A DNA stretch of 63,670 nt, the filler included, from Hausera hauseri (lineage: Eukaryota): NCBI GenBank assembly GCA_046269625.1. It is 10 parts of 10 records of this genome, joined end to end, with 100 filler letters (N's around TTAATTAATTAA, not from the genome) between each part and the next. Parts side by side here need not be neighbours in the genome. Positions count along the whole stretch, not along the records: positions 45,570 to 59,594 come from JBJURY010710991.1; positions 59,695 to 63,670 come from JBJURY010845414.1; 8 more parts are not named here. One strand, written 5' to 3'. Position 1 is the stretch's first letter; each line of letters starts with the position of its first letter. The notes under the pieces were generated by a model. It did not search any database, was not told where the DNA came from, and saw nothing but the letters and a program-made list of their open reading frames with translations. The position numbers were made by a program, and so were the translations under genes. Below are positions 53,499-63,670 of the stretch, one piece after another.

Positions 53499-56400
53499 GT
53501 GTCCACAATACGACATCCTAAAACAGCACCAAATTATTACGGTACGGTAATCAAAGGCAGGCCCTTCGCAAAGATTCAATTGGAAGATTGGGAAGTTTAT
53601 GCACTAATAGATACAGGATCTGAAAGATCACTGATAAAATATGATTCGATACCACAATTCCTACGGAAACGATTATATCCACCTCCCACGACAGACCCAG
53701 GAAGCATTGGAGCTTTCGGACAGTCGTCGAAAAGTAAATTCCGTTGGAAACCAGAAATTCACATAATGGGACAATCTTTTCACTATGAATTTTCAGTTAT
53801 GGAGCAATTGACGGATGATGTAGTGTTAGGGTGTGACTTATTGAGACAACTACCTAATATAGCAATCAATTTCAATGCCGGCAAGTTGATAAAACTTGAC
53901 CCAATAAAGGAGTTAAAACCACTAAAGACCGAAAATTTGGAGAAGTGTAGATTCCAGTGGACGAAACTATACCGCATAGAACGGAAGTACTCATATATGC
54001 CCAAATACGTCAGGATGACGATCAGCCAGTATGTTTTGAGCCGAAAGAATCGCTTAATCCAAATATTGTGCTCAGTGACGTTTTGACAAGAGTATCAACG
54101 GGCCGCGTGCCAATCCGAATAGCGAATAACGCACCCACTCCCATCAAACTGTACGCCAATACCACTTTGGGACACACGTATAGAGTCTCAGCGATTTCCA
54201 TCGAAGAAAAACCGTATAAGGGTGCCGAATTTCCACCCCATGTTGAGACTAAATTTTCACCGGAATCATATTGTCGATTTTATGAATTACTTTGCCGCTA
54301 CAGCTCAATTATCGCGAGAAACGAAGAAGATATTGGCCGCGCCAGAGCCCTAAGACTCACGATTCCGCTTAAGAAAAATCCTGGTTCCAACAAGGAAATA
54401 GATCTTAAGAATCAAAAGATGCCGAAATGGTATCCTCCTTTAAACTCATTAAGGCCAGAGATAACCAAAGAGGTTGAACGAATGTTAAAGGCCGACATAA
54501 TTAGAACAAGCTACAGATCTTGGTATTCACCAATACTCATGGTTAAGAAAATATGTACCACTGAGCACCGATTTTGCATCGACTATCGAGCGTTAAACAC
54601 GCTTATGCTGAAGGTCTTCTTCCCGTTACCATCGGTAAAGAAAGCTTTGGACAGACTCTCTGGAGCCAAATGGTTCACCACGCTCAATTTACAATCTGGA
54701 TACTGGCAAGTCGAGATAGAGGAGGAAGATCGTTACAAAACGGCATTTAAGACACACAATGGTATATACAAATTTAATGTTATGCCATTTGGGATAACTA
54801 CCGGACACACCATTTTACTCTTATGATGAATAAAATGCTAATGGGAATGGAACACACGTTTGCCTACTTAGACGACGTCATGATCGCGTCGAAAACGGAA
54901 GAGGACCATCTAAAAGATATCGAGGGTACACTTATGAGACTAGAGCAGGCTAGACTGAAACTGAATCCCAAAAAGTGCAAATGGGCTCAGAATGCTGTGT
55001 CGTACCTCGGACATATAGTAGGAGAAGGAGGATCGAAGCCGGATAAATCATTATTGAGTAAGATATCGGATTGCATGGAACCTCAGAATCAGAAGGAATT
55101 AAGACACTGGTTAGGGTTGTGTGGGTATTATGCTACTTATGTACCAGACAATGCGAAGATAAACGCACCTTTGTATCGTTTATTGAAAAAGGGGATCAAA
55201 TGGAAATGGACCGATGTCGAACAAAAGGCTTTCGACGAAATGAAAAAGGTTCTAACTAGTGAACTCGTTTTAAGATATCCCGACTTCAACTTACCGTTCA
55301 TAATCAAAACAGACGCCAGTAAGGAATGTATCGGATATGAACTGGCCCAAAAACGAGAAGACGAAGAGTTGGAGCACCCTATTGCATACGGAGGACGTTC
55401 CGTGAAGAAAGCGGAGAAGAACTATTCTGTTACGGAGTTAGAAACATTAGCCGTAAAAGAAGCACTGCGACATTTTAACGTGTATGTCTTCGGACAGAAG
55501 ATTATAATCGTTACTGACCATAAGGCAGTCACGACCTTCAAAGGTAGGGCAATTAATCCACCCTGTAGACTTAACCGGTGGATTGAGGAGATTTCACGTT
55601 ACAATATTGAATTCCAATACAAACCCGGAAATAAACATGTCGATGCCGACGCATTATCAAGACTTAAAACGAATACAAGCGCAGTTACATTAATGAGGAG
55701 AGCCCACCTCGGAGATTTAGTAGAAAGACAACGGACTCTTACACTGGATAAGGCATTAAATATTGCTGTTGAACAGGGAAAAGACAAGGTTATACAACAT
55801 ATTATCGAGTTCATTGATACCAACGTAACACCAAAGGATCATCAGTTACGGAAACACCTACGACAATATGGTCACAAATATTGCGTCGCTGGAGATTTGA
55901 AGCATGAAATTATACTACGAACGAAAAGGACGAAAATTGGTAGTCATACCAAAAGGATTGCGTTCAGAAGTACTAATGGCCAAACATGATTCGTATTTAG
56001 TCGGACACGTCGTGGAAAAAGACCCTAGAAAGAATCTTGAATAAATATTATTGGCCGAGCATTTACATTGATGTGAGAAACTGGGTGAATGCTTGCGAAG
56101 TATGCGCGACCAAACAAAGAAAAGTGAAAAACTACATCGCCGAGCTCGAGCCTGTCTACGTGCCCGATAGACCAATGCAAGCGATGTCTATTGATATTAT
56201 AGGATCATTGCCTACGACCCACAAGAATAAAAAATACATTTTGACCTGTGTAGACCGATTGAATCATTTCGTCGAGCTTACAGCGTTATTAGACCAAACG
56301 GCCGAGACCTTGGCAGAAGCGGTAGTCCGGAAAATCATTTGCAGATACGGGCCACCCGAACAAATCTAGACAGACCGAGGAAGAAACTTCACGAGAGAAT

Positions 56401-57017
56401 TATTCGACAAGATTACCAAAATTTTTGAGATTGAACGATTAACTATCACAGCTTATCATCCCCAATGTAATGGAATGGTCGAACGAATGAACGCGACAGT
56501 TAAACAAATCTTATCGACACTAGTCGCAAAAGACCAGAAGGATTCGGATGATTTCTTGGAAGGCACACAATTTGCTGGCAGAGAAGCGGTGCTTCCTACA
56601 GATTTAGGACTGATCCCATACACAACAAGAACAGAATATTTAAAACAAAATTTCGTCGAGGTATTGCAACTGAGATTACACAAGTGTTGGGCAATAGCCA
56701 AAGAATTATCTAAAGAATACCAGGAACAATTCAAGAAGCAGTATGATAAGAAGGCTAAACCACACGATCTAGAACCCGGAAATTGGGTCTACATACACTA
56801 CCCAGTAGCAAAGAAAGGCACGTCTCTTAAACTTACCAGGATAGGTAGAGGACCTTACGAAGTTACTAAGGTTACACGAACCACAGTTTATATAAATAAA
56901 AATGGCGAGGAAGAGGTCATATCAATTCAGAGAGTAGTCAAAACGGAAATAAGACCAAAAAACGCTATAATTTGCGTTAAAGCAAAACAAATAAAGAAAA
57001 GAAAACGTCGTCGATAG
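53499..57017 (+). pseudogene. pol: protease, reverse transcriptase, RNase H, integrase
   Basis: ALIDTGS…VVLGCD; RFCIDYRALN, LQSGYWQV, MPFG, AYLDDVMI; KTDAS, YSVTELETLAV, VTDHKA, ADALSR; YYWP…CEVC, IDIIG, NGMVERMN, RGPYEV. Confidence 0.95.
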
Positions 57018-58339
57018 TGACTAGACCAATATCGTATGTACAAATAGTCCTGACCTTATCGTTAATCGCTTCGTATATACCCAAAGTGAAATCGATCACT
57101 CAGACCGGAAAAGTAAAATATGCAGCAAAACGGAAAGATATCCAAAACTTACAATCACTTTGAGTAAATGATATGGATTGGAGAAAACCATGTTCATGGT
57201 TTGAAGCAAACGAACATATTCAAAGCCACGTAAAATTTCAAATAATATTTGTAATTGGGAACACGATGAGAATGTGCGATTTTCCGTACGGCGTTCATAG
57301 GAGATGTTGTCATTTGGATTTTGGACAAGCCTACGGATACAGCTTCCAAATGTTTTATTTTTATCAATTTGAGACTCAAGCCTACATAACTACGGGACTC
57401 TCAATAAGAATGCCCCAACGAAAGGACGCAAATCAAGCTAAGATGGACGAAATAATTCGAATCACGGATCCATTGAAGAGGCGCTTAGATTACAACATTG
57501 TTGGGATTCACAAGGACTTGAAAAACCAGTGTATTCGAATTGAGACCAAAATCGAACTGCCAGGAGACAGAGAAATTTCTGTCCAATTTATACCACTGAA
57601 CACTTCAATTCCTGAATCGGAGTATTGTTATTTGGTCAAACGACGACCTACTGTGTGTTGTGTGCTGCTATTAGGACAAGAGTATCAATTGCAACTCGAT
57701 TTGTACAATACGTACTCTGGAGAACCAAGTATCTATTTAAGAGAATATCGCCCAAAGAACGGAATATGGAATCTTCCGGTCCCAGCCACTACGGGAAAAC
57801 CATCCACGCCTCCGAGCACAACTCTCACTGCTACGATTGTCACTTCGGACGAAATGCTAGGAAGCATGCCGGTTAAGATTTTGGCAAAAAGTAATAGAAT
57901 CCTATTTTACGCTGAGGAAACGATAAATCAAGACGTAAAAATTGAATGTCGCACCCTGCACACCAACTAAGTTGTGGTCCTGAGAAAGAATAGTCAAGAA
58001 ACTGAATGTAGGTCATTACAACCACAACATAATTATATAGTCCGAATTACTGCAAAGGGTAAAAATCCTAAAACTTTCACAGTCCAAACTTTTGACAACA
58101 AAATTGAAGTAAGGCGGTATAAAGATCTTAGTACGCAAAATGTGTTCACCACGGAAAGTTTTATTGAGAGAGACAATTTATGGATAATAGTTATATTTAG
58201 TTTGTCAATTTTTGTTCTTGTCATAATAACCGCGATGATTTTTCTAGTTTCCAAAAATTGTAATAAGCGCTGCAAAAATCGAAAGGGAGATAAACGGGTA
58301 AAAAGACACCGAGACGGACCTTATAATAGCATAACCTAA
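57017..58339 (+). pseudogene. Type I membrane protein with an FN3-like module, immediately after integrase
   Basis: Signal-like YVQIVLTLSLIASYI at ~57035-57080, a Cys-containing ectodomain, a P/T-rich stalk, SLQPQHNYIVRITAKG (FN3 LxPxxxYxVxVxA pattern), TM LWIIVIFSLSIFVLVIITAMIFLV and a basic tail. ORFs 57173-57970 and 57974-58339 are in one frame, split by a single TAA. Confidence 0.6.
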
Positions 58340-58439
58340 CAACGACAGATCGGGTTATCCTATCATCAGACAGAGAAAATGTTTTGTTTCAAAATAATGA
58401 TGTCTTAGGATTAACCTTTATTTTTATTTCAGCAGAGTA

Positions 58440-59594
58440 AGTATAGCAGAGAAGGCGAAGAATCCAGCAGTCCATTCCAATTTCGATATCTATGACTTCT
58501 TACAGCAGCATGTCACGGTCCTCAAACCACTATCCATAAGTTTATGTAGACAAATTGGAGAAAATATGAAAACTCACAACTATCTCGAGTTCAACAAAGA
58601 GAGTAAAATACCAAACGGGCTAAAATGGGTTTTAGAAGAGAATCGACTGGTCCGATTATTTGCCATGCGAAGCCCAAAGGATGTATGTGCATACCTATTA
58701 AAGGATCTAATGTCGCTGATGGAGAAATTCAATACAGGATCGTAGGACAATCCTGGAGTACACAAATGGGATAGCAATGGAAATTGAGTACTTACGAGCT
58801 ATATTGCTATAGCCTCATGAATTATGCTTTGGAATTCAGGATCGCCAACCTTCCGACCAAAATCATGATCGAGATGACGTGGCGGACAGAGGTAATGAAG
58901 CCACTGCTACCGTTGCTATATGTACAGAAACCATCGGAAGATGAGATACAGCAGAATGGGGAATCTTATAGATTGGTCCCAGATGGCCGGAATATCCGGA
59001 TATTATCCGTAAACTATGGAGAAAAAGATGACGGATGGTACGTTCCGATTGAGGTCTCTATTAGAAATACTAATAGAGAAGAGATTGAAAATAAAGTAAT
59101 CGCACCTCGAGCTAGGATAAAGGATACCTTCCCTGACGTCACCGGAATTGCGAAGGTACAGCTCGAAAAAGGAAAAGATTTCTTGGAAATCCAAGAAGAT
59201 ATAAGCCATTGTTTCTATTGATATATTGTTACCGGATTCCGAGTACACGAAGCGTTAGAACGACTAGGAATTAGGCAAGAATACATTGCCGGAATTCGAG
59301 AATTGAGCCGAAACCCAGCAGTTGTGAGCCAGGTAGAAAATACGTTAATGCTGATAAGAGGTTGTTTACTTCCGTCAGCATCGCGCGAATCGCAATTTAA
59401 GATGATGCTAGAAGCCATGAATGGCGAACGATACAAATTCTCTAAGCTGATCACAGCAAGTCAACGGACCAAATTTATAAAGGATATTTATGATTCGTTA
59501 CGATGGGATCACGAGTGGAAACACAGAAATTACATGCAGAATGCGATATCCGACAACAATCCCAAGAACCTAATACAAAAATTCCGAAAAGGAT
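58440..59594 (+). pseudogene. Further unknown 3' coding region of the large retroelement
   Basis: Co-oriented ORF pieces (58784-59221, 59303-59594) with the same composition, running off the contig. Confidence 0.45.
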
Positions 59595-59694
59595 NNNNNN
59601 NNNNNNNNNNNNNNNNNNNNNNNNNNNNNNNNNNNNNNTTAATTAATTAANNNNNNNNNNNNNNNNNNNNNNNNNNNNNNNNNNNNNNNNNNNN

Positions 59695-60500
59695 TTCAAC
59701 TTGTAGTAGTCCTTTTCGAACTTTGCACAAGCTGCGGCTCGTTTTTTTTGAATTTCCCTCAATGTATGCCTTTAATATCGGCGTTTGGTTGAATTTGATT
59801 CCTGCAGCTATGTGACGCTTACACCGAGCAGCATGGAGACCTGTGGCAGACGCCAATGGACCACGTAATTCAGCTTCGGTTCTTGCGTCATGAAGAGTTT
59901 CTTAACCTTTGAGCCGCCGAGCGGACATTGGCTGATTGGTGTGACAGGCAATTGGTCCAAAGCGTCATGCGACTCATCGGGTATCACGAGATCAACTTCC
60001 ATCAGGTACCCGAATGAGCTGTTTTCTGCCGTGTCTACTGTCGGTAAATTTTCCAATATTGTCTCCAAATCTTGTTTGTCCATTAATCATTCAAATGAAC
60101 CGTACGGCAAGGGTTGCGAAAGCTCCCAGCCATACAGATTATTAATGTCAATGTACAGTAGTGATGTGGTATTATCATCACTGGAAGCATCAGTAGCACT
60201 AACGTGGTGCTTGTTGACAAATGTCATGCGGCCACGAATACAAACATCAAACAGTCGGTACCTTTCTGGGTCTTGGAACAGGTCAATGTCCCGGTTCAGT
60301 GATATCAAAGCCGACGCCCAACTCATTCCCGGTATGGAGTAAAAGTTGAGCGGCTCCAGCCTATCTTCCGCCAACGCCTTAGTTCAAAATATCTGAAACA
60401 CGTCGGCCAGCAAGTACACGTCCAGTTTCAGATAGTGGAGCATGTAATCCAATAGACTTCTGCAGCCTAGCTCTGACCAAGATTCCTGTGCTTTGCAATA
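59695..60500 (-). mobile_element. Third pPolB relic (same family as 19760-22400), internally deleted
   Basis: AEDRLEPLNFYSIPGMSW, LLYIDINNLYGW, GYLMEVDL and KLFMTQEPKLNYVVHWRL, near-identical to peptides at 20921-21591. Confidence 0.88.
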
Positions 60501-60834
60501 TTCATCACCATTGTTTCCTGTTTCCTTGCACGTTTTCGAATTCTTCAAGTGCATAATACTGCATTTTGCAGTTGTGTTGGAATTTTTTCACTTCAGATTC
60601 CAACGGGTTTCGCACAAAGGATGGAACATGTCTCAATTGCGTTGTTGTTGTTTTTGTCGCTGACATGTTCATTTTATATCCACGTACGATTTTTTTAGAT
60701 CATATATGACAGTAATGCGTGGTTCCTCCCCCTGTTGCTCCTGTTCCTGCTGCTGCTGCTGTTGCTCATTCTGCTGTTTTTGATTTCTGTTGTTTTGCAA
60801 GTATTCGTCAAGGCTTGTTTATGCCTGACGTTTC

Positions 60835-61353
60835 CTACTTGTTGATGGGATACTGCTTCTGCTGCTGCTGCGGCTTTTTGTTGCGTTGTTTTTTTGACCG
60901 CTTAAACTGGTTTAAGTGGTCCTGATGCTCATTGTAAAATTGTTCATAGTTGATTTCATCACCAACTATTGAACAACGAGGACAAATATAGGCCCGTTTA
61001 CCGCGCACTGTTGTGGCGTTATAGTGCTGCTCCATTGCACTATGGCAACCACCAACGTCATGCACTGTACTTATACAGTACCATGGGTACATGGGGCAGT
61101 TCACTAGCATCATTTTCTTCGACCGTGTAAACGGTCCGAAATGATGCTTGTGCATTTCATAAAAATCAGGATACGAACATTTGGCTGAAATATTACACAT
61201 CGAACACAGATATGTGTCCCAGTCCATTTTGTAATATTTCGCCATCTGTTGATGGCACTGTTCTGCCTCCTCATGTACGCAAGAGATGCAATACATGGGA
61301 TATTGATTGCATTTCTGAATGGGAAACACATTAAAGTCAATGTTAAATGTCAT
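60835..61353 (-). CDS. Two tandem Cys/His-rich (putative zinc-binding) repeats upstream of pPolB
   Basis: YCISCVH…CH…YLCSMC…YPDFYEMHKHHF and YCISTVH…CH…YICPRC…YEQFYNEHQDHL. Homologous pair at 43971-44735. Confidence 0.7.
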   Translation of the reverse strand: MTFNIDFNVFPIQKCNQYPMYCISCVHEEAEQCHQQMAKYYKMDWDTYLCSMCNISAKCSYPDFYEMHKHHFGPFTRSKKMMLVNCPMYPWYCISTVHDVGGCHSAMEQHYNATTVRGKRAYICPRCSIVGDEINYEQFYNEHQDHLNQFKRSKKQRNKKPQQQQKQYPINK

Positions 61354-61920
61354 ACAAATATATATAAACTCTTTTATAATTTAAATTAAATCACACTTTA
61401 TACCGCTCCTTCTATGGTGGTGGTTGTTGTTGTTGTGATGGTGGTGGTCTGATGGCTTAACTTACTCAGCTATAAACATTTACCATACTCAGCACTTAAT
61501 TTGTATAAATCAAATGGAAGAGTATATTGAAAGTAAAATTCAATGATTGACCGATGACATTTTGACCGGACATGTGTTTCATGTACAGTTTTTATGTGAG
61601 CTCACAGAAACGAGAATAATGAGCAGGCGAGAGTATATTGAATTCATAGTCAGGTCTCTCTTAGTAAAACGTATCGAGGATAAAATGAGACGAAAACGAC
61701 AACAATAACAACAACGACGACGTATTAATTTCCTCATTGGACTTGTATTTTCTGCTTCGCTTTGTATTGTAATGAAAAAGTTGATTGACCGTATTTAATC
61801 ACACAATTGTACATATTTTGTTGCGTTTATTTTCGTGAATCAACATAATTTATTTCGCATGTCTTTGTTGTTACATTTCAGTGTGCATACTTGTGCTTTG
61901 TTACGTTATGACATTACGAC

Positions 61921-62418
61921 ATGTCCCATTTAACAGAACTCATTCGTTTACATCACTCCTTTGACGGTCTTCGGAGTCAGCTTTACAATCTTCATCTACC
62001 TTTACATGATGTGCGATACTGTTCGCCCAAAGAGATACTTCTGCGTGCTGAGGAAAATTGGAGAGTAGGGGAACCTTATCTACGACATATGAAGCAGGTT
62101 ATTGGTGACATGGACATGCTATCCGCCCAGATTTTTCGCACTTATCGGAAATTGGCGGATTACTATGCGTTGGATGTCAATCCATATCAAATACGGTTTG
62201 TGGAAGATTTTGTCAAATGTGATCAGATTGGTGATTACATTTCACCGTGGCAGTCAGCGAATCGGATTTGCTTCAAGCAACATTGTAATGTAACTAATTC
62301 CGATGGACTCGTTCATTCTTCTGCTGAATTGGTTAACGTGTGTGGTTTGTGTAATGATCCTAATTTTTTATTAAACTCAGATTTAGTTGTACCACATAAA
62401 CAGAAAATAAAAGTTTGA
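61921..62418 (+). CDS. Hypothetical 165-aa protein divergent from the pPolB relic
   Basis: ATG-to-stop ORF with AATAAA at and after its end and a C-terminal C..H…CGLC. No family recognised. Confidence 0.45.
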   Translation: MSHLTELIRLHHSFDGLRSQLYNLHLPLHDVRYCSPKEILLRAEENWRVGEPYLRHMKQVIGDMDMLSAQIFRTYRKLADYYALDVNPYQIRFVEDFVKCDQIGDYISPWQSANRICFKQHCNVTNSDGLVHSSAELVNVCGLCNDPNFLLNSDLVVPHKQKIKV

Positions 62419-63670
62419 TATGGACTAGATTGCCTTTATGTATTTCAAACAACAACATTATATGAATAAAGATATAGTCGTTAGTTAACAACTATAACAA
62501 CAATAACAACAATAAATGTGATCATTGGTAAAGTTACATAAAAAGAGCTGATAATCAACGTGCTCAACCCATTTCCACCATTGTCCTACTTGTGCAAGGG
62601 GAAATTTTGCCTCTTTGAAATTCTCTCATCGATTTTTCACCATGTTCCCATGGTTTGATCGAGTTGCAACCGTGTCCATTCGATTCGCCAACAACAATTT
62701 CAGAATACGAACACCGATTTACCGCTTGTACACACCTTATGAGTGCTAGCAACATGTTTCGCGTTATAGGTGGCACATTTCTTGTTTTGCTTCTTCCTCC
62801 CTTACATTTTATGTACATCCTACCTATAATAGCTTTTGCTCACCTTGTCACGCGCTATCGATATCACTTGGTCCGAAGCACATTGCTCGACCTCATTTCC
62901 TGGGGTGTTTTGCGTGACGCTCAACCGTGGGAAAAATTCATGAATATTTCCCACGGTTCTACGGAACATGTTCCTCTTGTGGAACACTTTGCTTGTCCCG
63001 TACGGACTGCAGCCAGGTGTCTATCTAAAAAGGTCGATGGCTATTGGTCGATTTGTCCAGGTGTAGGGTCCAAAGTCCAAGGTTGGCCTGAACCCCGCGT
63101 AATCACCTACTCAACGGACTTCGAAATTCCATATCGATCCGATACTATGTCAGATAACGCTCAACAGTCTAACACACTATGAATTCTATCTGTTCTCTCT
63201 CTGTATGTAGCTGATTTCATGTCACGTGTCCTAATACGTGACTGTCTAATTTTATACAATTAATTCTGATTATTAATCAATTCATAAGTACAGCTTATGA
63301 ATTAGAAATACAGTTTATTCGCGAATTTCTTATTTAAATTCATAGAAATTCGTAAAAATATCCTAAAATTTCGAAAAATATTGCAAATTCCTACAAAAAC
63401 CTTTCCCAATTATATACCATTTTCTAAATTTCTACATCTACATATGCCATCAAATAATATTTACAATTCTACAAAACATGGATTGAATAGAAACCAGAAG
63501 TCTTCTTCCGTAACGCTTTCGAAGTCCTACCAAGTCGATGGCAGAAGTGTATCGATCATGAAGGATAGTAATTCGAACACTTGTATGGTGAGGATTGGTG
63601 TTTAGTATTGTTTGAAGTACTTTTCTTCTCATTATTAATCTGTGATCTCTAACACCTTAAAATCGGCAAA

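Larger units (their letters stand above)
45570..59594 (+). mobile_element. Very large decayed Ty3/Gypsy-type endogenous retrovirus-like element (>=13.9 kb, 3' end not reached)
   Basis: Continuous co-oriented coding: putative LTR end/PBS, gag with CCHC, unknown ORFs, glycoprotein, PR, RT, RNase H, integrase (Gypsy order), a membrane-protein ORF and extra ORFs. Confidence 0.88.

Noticed and set aside
62564-63182. 175-aa plus-strand ORF and overlapping minus-strand ORF
   Set aside because: No recognisable motif and a non-ATG start. It may be a decayed TE fragment, but I cannot support a call.

Overview
This window is not one locus. It is ten short contigs from an AT-rich animal genome, joined by nine identical 100-bp artificial spacers (44 N + TTAATTAATTAA + 44 N), so adjacency across spacers means nothing. 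One contig (10586-18202) holds apparently intact host genes with 43-57 bp GT-AG introns: the 3' end of coatomer gamma and a heparan-sulfate N-deacetylase/N-sulfotransferase. The rest is repeat-rich: several decayed Ty3/Gypsy LTR retroelements, three decayed Maverick/Polinton/adintovirus-type protein-primed DNA polymerase B genes, a 7.9-kb array of a ~68-bp satellite, and broken host-gene copies (SIK/MARK-type kinase, PPP1R37-like LRR, MBOAT). Five items stand out. (1) A >=13.9-kb Gypsy-type element has the order gag / ~3.8 kb unknown coding / chuvirus-like class III fusion glycoprotein / PR-RT-RH-IN / second FN3-like type I membrane protein / further ORFs, so its env lies upstream of pol. (2) A 4.3-kb contig is coding from end to end and strings together hAT-like transposase, adenylyl cyclase, topoisomerase II and ubiquitin-like fragments. 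(3) An MBOAT gene sits inside the LTR-like direct repeat of a Gypsy relic. (4) An unrecognised, tandemly duplicated Cys/His domain precedes two independent pPolB genes. (5) A 673-bp solo LTR with a 5-bp target-site duplication (TSD) splits the kinase. All family assignments come from motif recognition by eye, with no database search.
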